Origin: an uncultured Actinomycetes bacterium
GTDB lineage: Bacteria; Actinomycetota; Acidimicrobiia; IMCC26256; PALSA-610
DNA: 64,000 nucleotides
Assembly (NCBI GenBank): GCA_963761055.1
Contig: CAVXFO010000007.1
Span: 147,287-211,286 of the forward strand
Reading direction: 5' to 3'
Below, piece by piece: positions 1-9,724 of this stretch. The notes beneath the pieces were generated by a model. It saw nothing but the letters and a program-made list of their open reading frames with translations. It ran no database searches and had not been told where the DNA came from. The position numbers and the translations under genes are program-made. Within the stretch, counting starts at the first letter, position 1, and each line of letters opens with the position of its first letter.

Positions 1-1
1 C

Positions 2-991
2 TACACCATCGCCGCGATCCGCCAAGACCTCGCCAACGGACAAGCCATTCCCCCGGGCACCGTTCTCGTCGTTGACGAAGCCGGCATGGCCGGCACGCGC
101 ACCCTCGCCCCCCTCCTCGATGCCGCCAAGACCGCCCGCATCAAGATCGTCCTCGTCGGCGACCCCAAACAGCTTCCCGAAATTGACGCCGGCGGCATGC
201 TCCGCGCGCTCGACCACCACATCGGCGGCATCGACCTCAAAGAAAACCGTCGCCAGCACGAAGCCTGGGAACGCGAAGCCCTCACCCACCTCCGCGAAGG
301 CCGCGCCCACCAAGCACTCCCCCTCTACGACCGCCACCAGCGCATCACCTCCGAACCCACCGCCCACGCCGCCCGCGCCTGCCTCGTCCACGACTACCTC
401 GCCGCCTACCACTCCGGCGACCGCGTCCTCATGATCGCCATGCACTGGCGCGACATCCACGAACTCAACCACCGCGCCCGCAAGCAACTCCTCGACACCG
501 GATACATCGACGGTCCCGTCCTCGAGATCGCAGGCCGCGACTTCCAACCCGGAGACCGCGTCATGACCCTGCGCAACCAACGCCGCCTCGGGATCACCAA
601 CGGCACCACCGGCACCATCGAAACCGTCGACCCCAACACCCGAACCCTCACCATGCGTACCGACGACGGAACCTCCGTCGCGCTGCCCGCCAGCTACCTG
701 CACGCCGACACCATCGTCCACGCCTACGCCACGACCATTCACAAGGCCCAAGGCACCACCGTCGACCGCGCGTTCATCTACGCCGACGACCAACTCGCCC
801 GCGAGACCGCCTACACCGCCATGTCGCGCGGCGCGACCGAAAACCGGATCTACCTCGCGCACACCCTCGCCAGAGAACCCGACCACGGCCACCACCAAGC
901 CCTCGATCGCCGGCGAGAGCTCACCCGCAACCTCCAACGCAGCCAAGCCCAACACCTCGCCGTCGAACACGACCACGGCATCGAGCTCTGA
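2..991 (+). CDS. C-terminal helicase part of a MobF/TraA-like relaxase-helicase (5' end outside the window)
   Basis: Frame open from base 2. Contains VVDEAGM (Walker B), LVGDPKQL, ENRRQ, NGTTGT, HAYATTIHKAQGTT and YTAMSRG, typical of RecD/TraA SF1B helicases. Next to xis and int. Confidence 0.88.
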   Translation, partial: YTIAAIRQDLANGQAIPPGTVLVVDEAGMAGTRTLAPLLDAAKTARIKIVLVGDPKQLPEIDAGGMLRALDHHIGGIDLKENRRQHEAWEREALTHLREGRAHQALPLYDRHQRITSEPTAHAARACLVHDYLAAYHSGDRVLMIAMHWRDIHELNHRARKQLLDTGYIDGPVLEIAGRDFQPGDRVMTLRNQRRLGITNGTTGTIETVDPNTRTLTMRTDDGTSVALPASYLHADTIVHAYATTIHKAQGTTVDRAFIYADDQLARETAYTAMSRGATENRIYLAHTLAREPDHGHHQALDRRRELTRNLQRSQAQHLAVEHDHGIEL

Positions 992-1171
992 TGGAACGTC
1001 GAGACGAACTCCTCACGCCCGAAGAGCTCGCGGAGTACCTCAAGTTGTCGGTGAAGACGCTCTACGACTGGCGGTACGAGCGGAAGGGTCCGACCTCACT
1101 CAAGATCGGGCGACACCTCCGGTACCGACCGCGCCGACGTCGACGATTGGCTCGACGAACAAGCGTCGTAA
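991..1171 (+). CDS. Excisionase / helix-turn-helix protein (one extra base near 1128)
   Basis: LLTPEELAEYLKLSVKTLYDWR...GPTSLKIGRHLRYR continues in another frame as RADVDDWLDEQAS*, TAA at 1169-1171. Confidence 0.85.
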
Positions 1172-1188
1172 CGACTCGGTTGGCTTGG

Positions 1189-2268
1189 CTAAGCAGTTCG
1201 GCCGATTGCGTCGAGTTGTGCCGCCACCTCGTGGCCGTGGCTCGGAAACAGGTGGCCGTAGAGATTGAAGACCGTCGCCACCGACGAGTGCCCGGCCCAG
1301 CGGGCCACCTCGACCGGAGTCGCGCCGTGCGCGATCCACAACGACACCGCCGTGTGCCGCAACTCGTGCACGTCGAGGCCGTCGAGACCAGCGGCGGTAC
1401 ACGCCGGGTTCCATATCCGACGCCGGAAGTTGCTCGTGCGCAAGGGCCCGCCACGCGTGTCCGTGATCACCAGGTCGTCGTCGGATGCCGTGCCGCGAGT
1501 CTCGCTCAACGCTTCGCACACGAAGGCCGGAACCGGAACGCGGCGATAGGCGGCCTTGCTCTTGAGTCGGGGGGTGACCTCCACCACGCCCGCGACGTCG
1601 ATCACCTGCTGGGCGACGTCGAGCGTTCCGCCCCGCACGTCGATGCGTCGCCAGGCGAGCCCGGCCAGCTCACCGATCCGCAAGCCGCAGTACGCGCCGA
1701 CGAGCACGAAGGCCCGGTATTGCGGATCGATGGTCTTCGCGAGCGTCCCGATCTGTTCGACGGCAAGCGCGCGGGGTTCCTTGCGGATGATGCGCGGCAG
1801 CGGCAGGTGATCGGCCGGGTTGACGCGAAGCTTGCCGTCCTCCACGGCGGCCTGGAGGAGCTTCCGCAGTGCCTGGTGGATCTTCTGCACCGTCTCCGGC
1901 GCCAGTCCGGAATCCGACAACATGGTGATCCACTCGCGCACCGCGGACCGTTCGACACGATCGAGCCTCATGTTGCCGAAGGCGGGCTTGACGTGGTTCT
2001 TGAACGAACGTTCGTCGCGGTCCCGCGAGTTCTTGGCGAGGTGCACGTTGGAGGGCCACCACTCGTCCCACCATTCGGCAACCGTCACTCGGCCGGCCCG
2101 GGGATCGACGTAGGCGCCGGTCTGCATGTCGCTCGTCACCCCGGTGAGATGGATACGAGCGTCGCGCTTCGTCGCGAATTGCTTGGAGCGTTGGCCGCCG
2201 TTCGGGTCGCGCCAGCGCACCAGGTAAACGGTCTTACCGCCGCGCAGGCGCTTCTCGATGCTTGCCAC
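1189..2268 (-). CDS. Tyrosine recombinase / integrase
   Basis: N-terminal VRWRDPNGGQRSKQF arm-binding domain; catalytic motifs GLRIGE, HELRH, AGHSS, LYGH. GTG start 6 nt after TACGAT. Confidence 0.95.
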   Translation of the reverse strand: MASIEKRLRGGKTVYLVRWRDPNGGQRSKQFATKRDARIHLTGVTSDMQTGAYVDPRAGRVTVAEWWDEWWPSNVHLAKNSRDRDERSFKNHVKPAFGNMRLDRVERSAVREWITMLSDSGLAPETVQKIHQALRKLLQAAVEDGKLRVNPADHLPLPRIIRKEPRALAVEQIGTLAKTIDPQYRAFVLVGAYCGLRIGELAGLAWRRIDVRGGTLDVAQQVIDVAGVVEVTPRLKSKAAYRRVPVPAFVCEALSETRGTASDDDLVITDTRGGPLRTSNFRRRIWNPACTAAGLDGLDVHELRHTAVSLWIAHGATPVEVARWAGHSSVATVFNLYGHLFPSHGHEVAAQLDAIGRTA

Positions 2269-2287
2269 GCCAGGATCGTACCGGCGC

Positions 2288-2317
2288 GTGTACCACTTGT
2301 GTACCAGGTGTGTACCG
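2288..2317. repeat. Three direct repeats GTGTACC(A/G), 11-bp period; probable integrase arm-type sites
   Basis: GTGTACCA-ctt-GTGTACCA-ggt-GTGTACCG between the int start and the tRNA. Confidence 0.7.
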
Positions 2318-2375
2318 GCGGGCGTGGCCGAGGGAGGTGGTCCACCTTGCACAGCTCTGACCAGGTGATTTACGG

Positions 2376-2449
2376 TGGGCGGTAGAGGACTCGAACCTCC
2401 GACCTCATCCGTGTGAAGGATGCGCTCTAGCCGACTGAGCTAACCGCCC
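2376..2449 (-). tRNA. tRNA-Val(CAC)
   Basis: GGGCGGTTAGCTCAG...CATCC-TTCACAC-GGATG...GGTTCGAGTCC...CCGCCCA cloverleaf. Confidence 0.96.
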
Positions 2450-2465
2450 GGGAGAGGTGACGAGG

Positions 2466-3690
2466 TTAGCGCGCGGCGTCTGCGCCGGAAGAGCGAGCGA
2501 GGTACTCGATCGCGAGCGCGGCGTACATCGCGGCGCCGGCGCTCATCGCGTCCTCGTCGAGAGTCATGCGGTTGGAGTGGCACGCGTGCGCTCGGGCCGG
2601 ATGTTCACCCGGGGGGCATACCCCGAGGAACGACATCGCGCCCGGCCGTCGTTGCAGCACGTAGGAGAAGTCCTCCGCGCCCATGACCGGGGCCGGCATG
2701 TTGCCGGTCTTGTCGCGGCCGAGCAGACGGCCCGCGACCTGCCCGACGAAGCGGGCGCTCTCGTCGTGGTTGATCGTGACCGGGTAGCCCTGATGCACCG
2801 TCAACTCGGCATCCATGCCGTGCGCGCTCGCGATGCCGCGCGACCAGCTGGTCCATCGACTCGAGCGCGAGCGCGCGGCTGGCCTCCGACACTGCCCGCA
2901 GCGTGCCGAGCATGTCGACCGTCTCGGGGATCACGTTGTCGGTGGTCCCCGCCCGGATCTTGGTGATCGTCACCACGACCGGGTCGAACGTGTTGATACG
3001 ACGCGTCACCATCACCTGCAATGCCTGCACGATCTCGGCCGCGATCGGCATCGGATCGTTCGCGAGGTACGGCGTCGAGGCGTGACCTCCTCGCCCTGTG
3101 ATCTTGATCGCGAGCACGTCGGCCGACGCCATCAGCGGGCCGCCCCGCGTCCAGATCGTCCCCGCCGGCAGGTTCGGGGAGACGTGCAGCGCGAATGCTG
3201 CGTCGACCGGTTCGTCGCCGTCGAGCACACCTTCGTCGATCATGAACTGCGCGCCGTGATGACCTTCCTCACCCGGTTGGAACATGAAGCGCACCGTTCC
3301 GGCCAGTTCTCCCCGACGGGCGTGCAGGAGTCGCGTCGCGCCCACGAGCATCGCGGTGTGGGCGTCGTGGCCACACGCGTGCATGCACCCGGAGACCTCG
3401 CTCGCGAAGTCGAGGCCCGTGTCCTCGGGCATCGGCAACGCGTCCATATCGCCGCGGAACAGCACGACCGGACCGTCGCTCACCTCGAGATCGGCGACGA
3501 CCGACGACACCGACGTTCCGGTCCGTACCGCCAGGCCGAGGCCGTCGATCGCGTCGAGCACCGTCGCCTGGGTCTTGGGCAGGATCAATCCGAGCTCGGG
3601 ATGGCGGTGGATACGTCGGCGGAGCTCCACGAGCTCCGGGAGCATCTTGCGCGCGTCCGCAAGGAGCGTCGTGGATTCGTTCGTCGTCAC
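2466..3690 (-). CDS. M20D family amidohydrolase (frameshift near 2840)
   Basis: IHRHPELG, RGDMDAL, MHACGHDAH, FQPGEEG, GGHAS; C-terminal MGAEDF and HACH in a second frame. Confidence 0.92.
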
Positions 3691-3699
3691 GCGGGAACC

Positions 3700-4515
3700 C
3701 TAACCCTCGTGATGTCGGAACCATGTGCGGAGCGCCTTCGAGAACTCGTCCTCGTACGCGCCGTACGACGCGCCGGAGCGCGGTCCCGGCCGATGCATCG
3801 ACGACCAGCTCCTCCGGAAGCAACGGGTCGGAGCGAAGGTGCGCGAGCGCGGCGGCCCCCGCGACGAAAGCGCCCGCCAACGCGCGGTCGGGTGCGCCGG
3901 CCAGCGCGGTCGTGAAGGCCCCGAGGCGCACCTCGAGCGCCAGCGCTCGCCGCTCCCACTCCCGACCGTCGAACAGCACGCCCGCGAGCGCGACCGGATC
4001 GCCGTCCGGACGTCCCGACCACCACGCGGCACTGCGCGTCGGCCGCCCGCCACGCCTCCGCGGGCGCCGATTCTCTCGGGAGGTTGTCGGGCCGGCTCCA
4101 CACCCCCTCGCGCACCGTTGCGAAGCGCATGCGCCGCAGCGCGTCGCGCGAACGCGCTCCTGTCGACGGCCGGTCGCGCGCCGGGCGCCACGATCCCGAC
4201 CCGCCAACTGCCGTCCCAACTCTCGAGCACCGGCGCGAGGCTCCAGTCCTGGCTCCCGCGCCGGCCCTGGACCCGCCCCGCCAGTTCGTAGACGCCGTCG
4301 TGCGACCGCAGTTCACCCCGTTCGACCATCCGGCTGAGCGCCGTCCGGGTGGCACCCTCGGAGATGCCGAACAGCCCACACCACTGGACCAGCCGCGCGC
4401 CGCGCATCCGGGCCGGCCGGCTTCTCAGCAGCAGGCTGGCGACGAGCGACCGCGCCGACAGGGGCCGGGTGAGCAACGGCTCCGCCGCCGTGTTCGCATT
4501 ACGGTCTCGATTCAT
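3700..4515 (-). CDS. PaaX family transcriptional regulator (frameshifted)
   Basis: RPLSARSLVASLLL, LFGISEGATRTALSRMV, WDGSW; C-terminal LRSDPLLPEEL in another frame. Confidence 0.85.
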   Translation of the reverse strand: MNRDRNANTAAEPLLTRPLSARSLVASLLLRSRPARMRGARLVQWCGLFGISEGATRTALSRMVERGELRSHDGVYELAGRVQGRRGSQDWSLAPVLESWDGSWRVGIVAPGARPAVDRSAFARRAAAHALRNGARGGVEPARQPPERIGARGGVAGGRRAVPRGGRDVRTAIRSRSRACCSTVGSGSGERWRSRCASGPSRPRWPAHPTARWRALSSRGPPRSRTFAPTRCFRRSWSSMHRPGPRSGASYGAYEDEFSKALRTWFRHHEG

Positions 4516-4541
4516 CTGTCTTAAGAGTGTAATATGAGGGC

Positions 4542-5528
4542 GTGGCCACCACGATGATCCCCGAGCCCGACCTCCTCGAGCCGGTGCACCCCACCGACCG
4601 GATTGCGGCGACGGGCCGACCGACGCCGGAGTTCCGGGAGGAGCTGCGGCGCATCCCGAACGAGCGCAACGCGCTGGCGGTTGTCGCGGTCTACGCGCAG
4701 ACGATCGCGATCGTGGTCGTCGCGGTGCACTTCGAGAACTGGCGAATCTGGGAAACCTGGCTCGTCTGGGCCGCCGCGTTCGTCCTCATGGGCCGCGCCC
4801 ACGCGCAGTTCGCCGCCCTGATGCACGAGGCCGCGCACCGCTTGTTGTTCCGCAACCGCAAGCTGAACGACTTCGTCGGCCGTTGGCTGCTCGGCTTCCC
4901 GTCGTTCACGCCGATCGACGCGTACCGCCGCGGACACATGGCGCACCACCGCGACGAGTTCGGCCCCGACGAGCCCGACATCCCCCTCTACCGCGGCTAC
5001 CCGATCTCCCGCGATTCGATGCGCCGCAAACTCGTCCGCGATGCGCGGGGCAGCACCGGCTGGAAGCTGTTCAAGGGACTGCTCGGCGCGGTCCGATCCG
5101 ACAATGCAGCGGCGCGTGCGCAGGCGCGCAAGATCGTCGCCTGCCAGCTCGTGCTGATCGCGGTCGGCGTCGTGTTGCACCACCCATTCGTGTACTTCAT
5201 CCTCTGGCTCGCGCCGTTCCTCACGGTCTGGCGTGTCATCAACCGACTCCGTTCGATCGCGGAACACGGCGGGATGCAGCGCTCGAAGGATCGGCGACTG
5301 ACGACCCACTCGGTCCGCCAGTCGCCCGTCGCCCGCTTCTTCGTCGTGCCGTTCCACATCGGGTGGCACCTCGCCCACCACGTCGACGCCGGCGTCCCGA
5401 TGGCTCACCTGCCCCGGCTGCACGAGGAGCTGCGGCGAGCCGGGTACGTGACCGACGGGCTCGAGTACCCGAACTACACGTCGCTTTGGCGCAAGCTCTC
5501 GAGCGGTGCAAGCCTCCCCCGGTACTGA
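4542..5528 (+). CDS. Membrane fatty acid desaturase family protein
   Basis: Three His boxes HEAAH, HMAHH, HLAHH, plus RSIAEH and hydrophobic segments. Confidence 0.9.
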   Translation: MATTMIPEPDLLEPVHPTDRIAATGRPTPEFREELRRIPNERNALAVVAVYAQTIAIVVVAVHFENWRIWETWLVWAAAFVLMGRAHAQFAALMHEAAHRLLFRNRKLNDFVGRWLLGFPSFTPIDAYRRGHMAHHRDEFGPDEPDIPLYRGYPISRDSMRRKLVRDARGSTGWKLFKGLLGAVRSDNAAARAQARKIVACQLVLIAVGVVLHHPFVYFILWLAPFLTVWRVINRLRSIAEHGGMQRSKDRRLTTHSVRQSPVARFFVVPFHIGWHLAHHVDAGVPMAHLPRLHEELRRAGYVTDGLEYPNYTSLWRKLSSGASLPRY

Positions 5529-5560
5529 CGAGCCGAGCCTCCGGGCGAGGGAGCTGTGTA

Positions 5561-6238
5561 GTGACGACGTTCGACGACATCGCCGGGCTCATGCGGAGCC
5601 AGGCGGCGCATCGCCGACTCCTCCACGATCCCGTCGACGACGACACCGTGCTCGCCGTCCTCGACCTCGCGGCCCGGGCGCCTACGAGTCGGCCCCAGCG
5701 GCGGGAGTTCGTGGTCGTGCGCGACCCCGACGTCCGCCACCAGCTGGCCCGGAGCTACCGCCAGGGCTGGTCGATCTACAAGCGCGTGCTGCGCAGCCGC
5801 TGGAGCGAGGACGCGCTGCTCGAAGACCGCCAATGGGAGTCCGACCACTTCGAGGACGTCCCCGTGCTCGTCGTCACCTGCCTCCGGGGGCGCCGGCCAC
5901 TGTTCCCCGCCATCGGGGCCGCGGCGTTCTACGGGGCGGCGTTCCCGGCGGTGCAGAACCTGCTGCTCGCGGCGCAGGCGCGCGGGCTGGGCGCTTCGTC
6001 GACGACGTTGCCCCTGTGGTCGGTATGGGAAGCGCGCCGGACGCTCGGGCTGCCGAGGAGCGTCACGCCCGTGTCGGTGGTTGCGCTCGGATGGCCGCGC
6101 GACTTGGCGGGAGGTCGCGGCACGGCGGGCAATTCGGACACTCCGACGACTCCCACCGGCAATGTGGTCCACCTCGACCGGTTTGGTCACCAGCCCTTTC
6201 GCGCCCGGCGCGACCCAGAGCGCAGCGGTACGGCATAA
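5561..6238 (+). CDS. Nitroreductase family protein
   Basis: DPVDDDTVLAVLDLAARAP, EFVVVRD, AVQNLLLAAQARGLG, VVALGWP. Confidence 0.85.
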   Translation: MTTFDDIAGLMRSQAAHRRLLHDPVDDDTVLAVLDLAARAPTSRPQRREFVVVRDPDVRHQLARSYRQGWSIYKRVLRSRWSEDALLEDRQWESDHFEDVPVLVVTCLRGRRPLFPAIGAAAFYGAAFPAVQNLLLAAQARGLGASSTTLPLWSVWEARRTLGLPRSVTPVSVVALGWPRDLAGGRGTAGNSDTPTTPTGNVVHLDRFGHQPFRARRDPERSGTA

Positions 6239-6269
6239 TGGCTCCCACGACTTCGAGGCAGGTGACGAC

Positions 6270-6479
6270 GTGCCCAGAAAAGGACGAGCACGCCGCTTCC
6301 GCGAGGCGCGTCAACTGAAGCAGGGGTTCGACGACGGGCTGTTCCGGGAAGGTTCCGGCACCCTCGCAGATCTCAGCGAGAACGGTGACAGCGCGGCGGA
6401 CAGCGACGACGACTTCGACGACGAGTTCGAGGACGAAGAAGAAGACTGGGACCCGGACCACAAGCTCGACAGTCCCTGA
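6270..6479 (+). CDS. Small protein with basic N-terminus and very acidic C-terminus
   Basis: GTG after GAGGCAGGTG; PRKGRARRFREAR...DSDDDFDDEFEDEEEDWD; host-like codon usage. Confidence 0.6.
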   Translation: MPRKGRARRFREARQLKQGFDDGLFREGSGTLADLSENGDSAADSDDDFDDEFEDEEEDWDPDHKLDSP

Positions 6480-6532
6480 CCCGCCCCAGGTGTACCGGGA
6501 CTCGGTCGACCGGTCCCGGGCGTGCGGTGAGC

Positions 6533-9220
6533 TCAGGCGGTGCGGGGATCGGGAGCGTCGGCGTCGATCGCGAAGCGTTCGATCGCTTCGGCGACCGTTT
6601 CGGCTTTGACCTCTCCCATCTGGGCAAGGCCGTCGAGCACTGCCACCACCACGTGGGCGGCGTCGACCTCGAAGTGGCGCCGCAACGCGGACCGCACGTC
6701 GGAGAATCCGTAGCCGTCGGTTCCCAGCACCACGTACGGCTGGGGCACGAACCGTGCCACGGAATCGGGGACGGCGCGCACCCAGTCGGAGACCGCGACG
6801 ATCGGCCCGGCCGCGTCGTTGAGCAACTCGGTGACATACGGCGTCCGCGGCGGCTCGGCCGGGTGCAGCCGGTTCCAGCGCTCGCACTCGAGCGCGTCGT
6901 CGCGTAGCTGCTTCCAGCCGGGGACGCTCCACACGTCGGCGGCGACATCGAAGTGCTCGGCGAGCGTGTCTTGGGCTTCGAGCGCCTGCAGCACCATCGG
7001 CCCGCTCGCGAGGATCTGCGCCCGGTGGGTGTGATCACCCGCGGCGGCCTTGAGCAGATACATGCCGCGCACGATGCCGTCCTCGACGCCCTCGGGCATC
7101 GCCGGCTGCACGTAGTTCTCGTTGTAGAGGGTCAGGTAATAGAAGCAGTCCTCGGGCTCGGGCCCGTACATGCGCCGAATGCCGTCCCGGACCAAGACGC
7201 CGACCTCGTAGGCGAAAGCGGGGTCGTATGCACGACAGTTCGGGTACGCGAGCGCGTACATCTGTGACTGCCCGTCGCAGTGCTGCAGACCTTCGCCCGA
7301 CAGCGTCGTGCGCCCCGCAGTCGCGCCCAGCAAGAAGCCACGACCGCGCTGGTCGCCGAGCGACCAGATCATGTCACCGACGCGCTGGAACCCGAACATC
7401 GAATAGAAGATGAAGAACGGGATCATGGGTTGCGCCCACGACGCGTACGCGGTCGACGCGGCCGTGAACGACGCCATCGCGCCGGCTTCGGTGATCCCCT
7501 CTTCGAGGAGTTGACCGTCGGATGCCTCCCGGTACGAAAGCATCAGCGCGGCGTCGACCGGCTCGTACTGCTGACCGAACGGCGCGTAGATCTTGAACTC
7601 CGCGAACAGCCCGTCGAGCCCGAACGTGCGCGCCTCGTCGGGGATGATCGGCACGACGCGCGGGCCGATCTCGGGTTCCTTCAACAGCACGCGCAACAAG
7701 CGCGCGAACGCCATCGTGGTGGATGCGGGGACCTTCTCCCCCGTGCCGGCGGTCAACTGGTCGATGATGCCGTCACGAGGGAACACGATCGTCTTCGAAC
7801 GCTCGACTCGATCGGGAAGGAAGCCGTCGAGCGCTCGGCGGCGCTCCATCATGTACTCGTACTCGGGAGACTTGTACCCCGGGTGGAAGTAGGGCGCCAT
7901 CCCCGACTCGAGCTCGGAGTCGGGGATCTCCATGTAGAGACGGTCGCGCAGCGCCTTCAGCTGGACCGGCGACATCTTCTTGATCTGGTGGGTGGCGTTG
8001 CGGGCCTCGAAGTCGGTACCGAGCGTCCAGCCCTTGACCGTCTTGGCGAGGATCACGGTCGGCGTACCCTCGTGCTCGACCGCGGTCTTGTACGCGGCGA
8101 AGATCTTGCGGTAGTCGTGGCCGCCGCGCGGGAGCCGCTGGAGCTCGTCGTCGGAGAGGTGCTCGACCATCTTGCGCAGGCGCGGACCGCCGCCGAAGAA
8201 GTGCTCGCGGATGTATGCGCCCGACTCGACCGCGTACTTCTGGAACTCGCCGTCGACGGTCGAGTTCATCTTGTTGACGAGGACGCCGTCGACGTCGCGC
8301 GCCAACAGCTCGTCCCACTGCCGGCCCCACACGACCTTCAGCACGTTCCAGCCCATGCCCCGGAACGTCGACTCGAACTCCTGGATGACTTTGCCGTCAC
8401 CGCGTACCGGACCGTCGAGCCGCTGAAGGTTGCAGTTCACGACGAAGATCAGGTTGTCGAGACGCTCACGCGCCGCGAGGTCGAGCGCAGCAGTCGCTTC
8501 GGGTTCGTCGAGCTCGCCGTCACCGACGAAGCACCACACCCGCGCGTTCGACGTGTCGACGATCTTGCGGTTGTAGAGGTACCGGTTGAAGCGGGCCTGG
8601 TACACCGCGTTGAGGGGGCCGAGCCCCATCGACACAGTCGGGTACTCCCAGAACGTCGGGAGCCGGCGCGGATGCGGGTACGACGGCAGGCCCTTGCCTG
8701 ACGTTTCCCGGCGGAAGTGGTCGAGTTGGTCCTCGGTGAGTCGACCCTCGAGAAAGCCGCGGGCGTAGATGCCGGGCGCGGCGTGACCCTGGAAGTAGAT
8801 CTGGTCGCCGCAGCCACCGTCACCCTTGCCCCGGAAGAAGTGGTTGAAGCCGACCTCGTACAGCGACGCGGCCGAGGCGTACGTGGAGAGGTGGCCGCCG
8901 AGACCTTCGAACCGGTGGTTGGCACGGTCGACCATCGCGACCGCGTTCCAGCGCACGAACGCGCGAATGCGGCGCTCGATGTCCTCGTTGCCCGGGAACC
9001 AGGGCTCCTGCTCGGGTGGGATCGAGTTGATGTAGTCGGTCGTGACCATCGCGGGCACGAACGAGCCCTTCTCGCGCGCCCGCTCCATGAGGCGCGCGAG
9101 CAGGTAGTGCGCACGGGCCTTGCCCTTGACGTCGATGACGGAGTCGAGTGACTCGAGCCACTCGTTCGTCTCCTGCGTATCGACGTCCGGAAGCTGGTGG
9201 ATGGAACCGTCGCTGAACAT
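6533..9220 (-). CDS. aceE: Pyruvate dehydrogenase E1, homodimeric
   Basis: 895 aa; ETNEWLESL, GGHLSTYAS, YFQGHAAPG, PTVSMGLGP, GDGELDE, NCNLQRLDGPV, EEGITEAG. Confidence 0.98.
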   Translation of the reverse strand: MFSDGSIHQLPDVDTQETNEWLESLDSVIDVKGKARAHYLLARLMERAREKGSFVPAMVTTDYINSIPPEQEPWFPGNEDIERRIRAFVRWNAVAMVDRANHRFEGLGGHLSTYASAASLYEVGFNHFFRGKGDGGCGDQIYFQGHAAPGIYARGFLEGRLTEDQLDHFRRETSGKGLPSYPHPRRLPTFWEYPTVSMGLGPLNAVYQARFNRYLYNRKIVDTSNARVWCFVGDGELDEPEATAALDLAARERLDNLIFVVNCNLQRLDGPVRGDGKVIQEFESTFRGMGWNVLKVVWGRQWDELLARDVDGVLVNKMNSTVDGEFQKYAVESGAYIREHFFGGGPRLRKMVEHLSDDELQRLPRGGHDYRKIFAAYKTAVEHEGTPTVILAKTVKGWTLGTDFEARNATHQIKKMSPVQLKALRDRLYMEIPDSELESGMAPYFHPGYKSPEYEYMMERRRALDGFLPDRVERSKTIVFPRDGIIDQLTAGTGEKVPASTTMAFARLLRVLLKEPEIGPRVVPIIPDEARTFGLDGLFAEFKIYAPFGQQYEPVDAALMLSYREASDGQLLEEGITEAGAMASFTAASTAYASWAQPMIPFFIFYSMFGFQRVGDMIWSLGDQRGRGFLLGATAGRTTLSGEGLQHCDGQSQMYALAYPNCRAYDPAFAYEVGVLVRDGIRRMYGPEPEDCFYYLTLYNENYVQPAMPEGVEDGIVRGMYLLKAAAGDHTHRAQILASGPMVLQALEAQDTLAEHFDVAADVWSVPGWKQLRDDALECERWNRLHPAEPPRTPYVTELLNDAAGPIVAVSDWVRAVPDSVARFVPQPYVVLGTDGYGFSDVRSALRRHFEVDAAHVVVAVLDGLAQMGEVKAETVAEAIERFAIDADAPDPRTA

Positions 9221-9409
9221 GTGTCTCCGTCCTTCGACGGATCATCGGCCAATTTGGCCGGGGTCGAGAGCCGTCGGCGATGACCCGCTCGTCTCGCCCA
9301 GCGTAGGACCGGCGCGCGGGCGCCCAGTGCCAGCGCGAACCGGCGAGGCACCGGCCGGGGATTCACAGCCGGTGCTCGTCGCGGCGACCCACGACGTGGG
9401 CCTATCGGG

Positions 9410-9483
9410 TGGGCGCGGAGGGATTCGAACCCCCGACCCCTGCCGCGTCATGCAGGTGCTCTGCCAGACTGAGCCACGCGCCC
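9410..9483 (-). tRNA. tRNA-Val(GAC), anticodon loop reads 8 nt as sequenced
   Basis: GGGCGCGTGGCTCAG...CCTGC-ATGACGCG-GCAGG...GGTTCGAATCCC...CGCGCCCA. Confidence 0.85.
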
Positions 9484-9526
9484 GAGTGAGCGCGCCAGGA
9501 TAGCGCGCCAATTACCGTCGGCGACC

Positions 9527-9679
9527 ATGGGACTCCTCGACGGGTACACGGCGGTCGTCACCGGCGGCGGGTCAGGTATCGGCGCCGAGACGTGCCGGAG
9601 GATGGCGGCCGAAGGCGCTCAGATCGCGGTCTTCGACGGGGTCCTCGCCGTGGTCCGCGATCTCCTGTCCGGCCATTGA
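9527..9679 (+). pseudogene. N-terminal fragment of a short-chain dehydrogenase/reductase
   Basis: MGLLDGYTAVVTGGGSGIGAETCRRMAAEGAQIAVFD, stop after 50 aa, no continuation seen. Confidence 0.8.
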
Positions 9680-9724
9680 CCGCAGCTTCACGACCCCATG
9701 ACATTTGGGGGCGATGCTGCATCC

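Larger units (their letters stand above)
1..2376. mobile_element. End of an integrative mobilizable element at the 3' end of tRNA-Val(CAC)
   Basis: Relaxase, xis and int sit immediately downstream of the tRNA 3' end; the other att site would lie left of the window. Confidence 0.8.

Noticed and set aside
991-2385. 464-aa ORF starting with the excisionase
   Set aside because: Read-through caused by the frameshift; the remainder is antisense to the integrase
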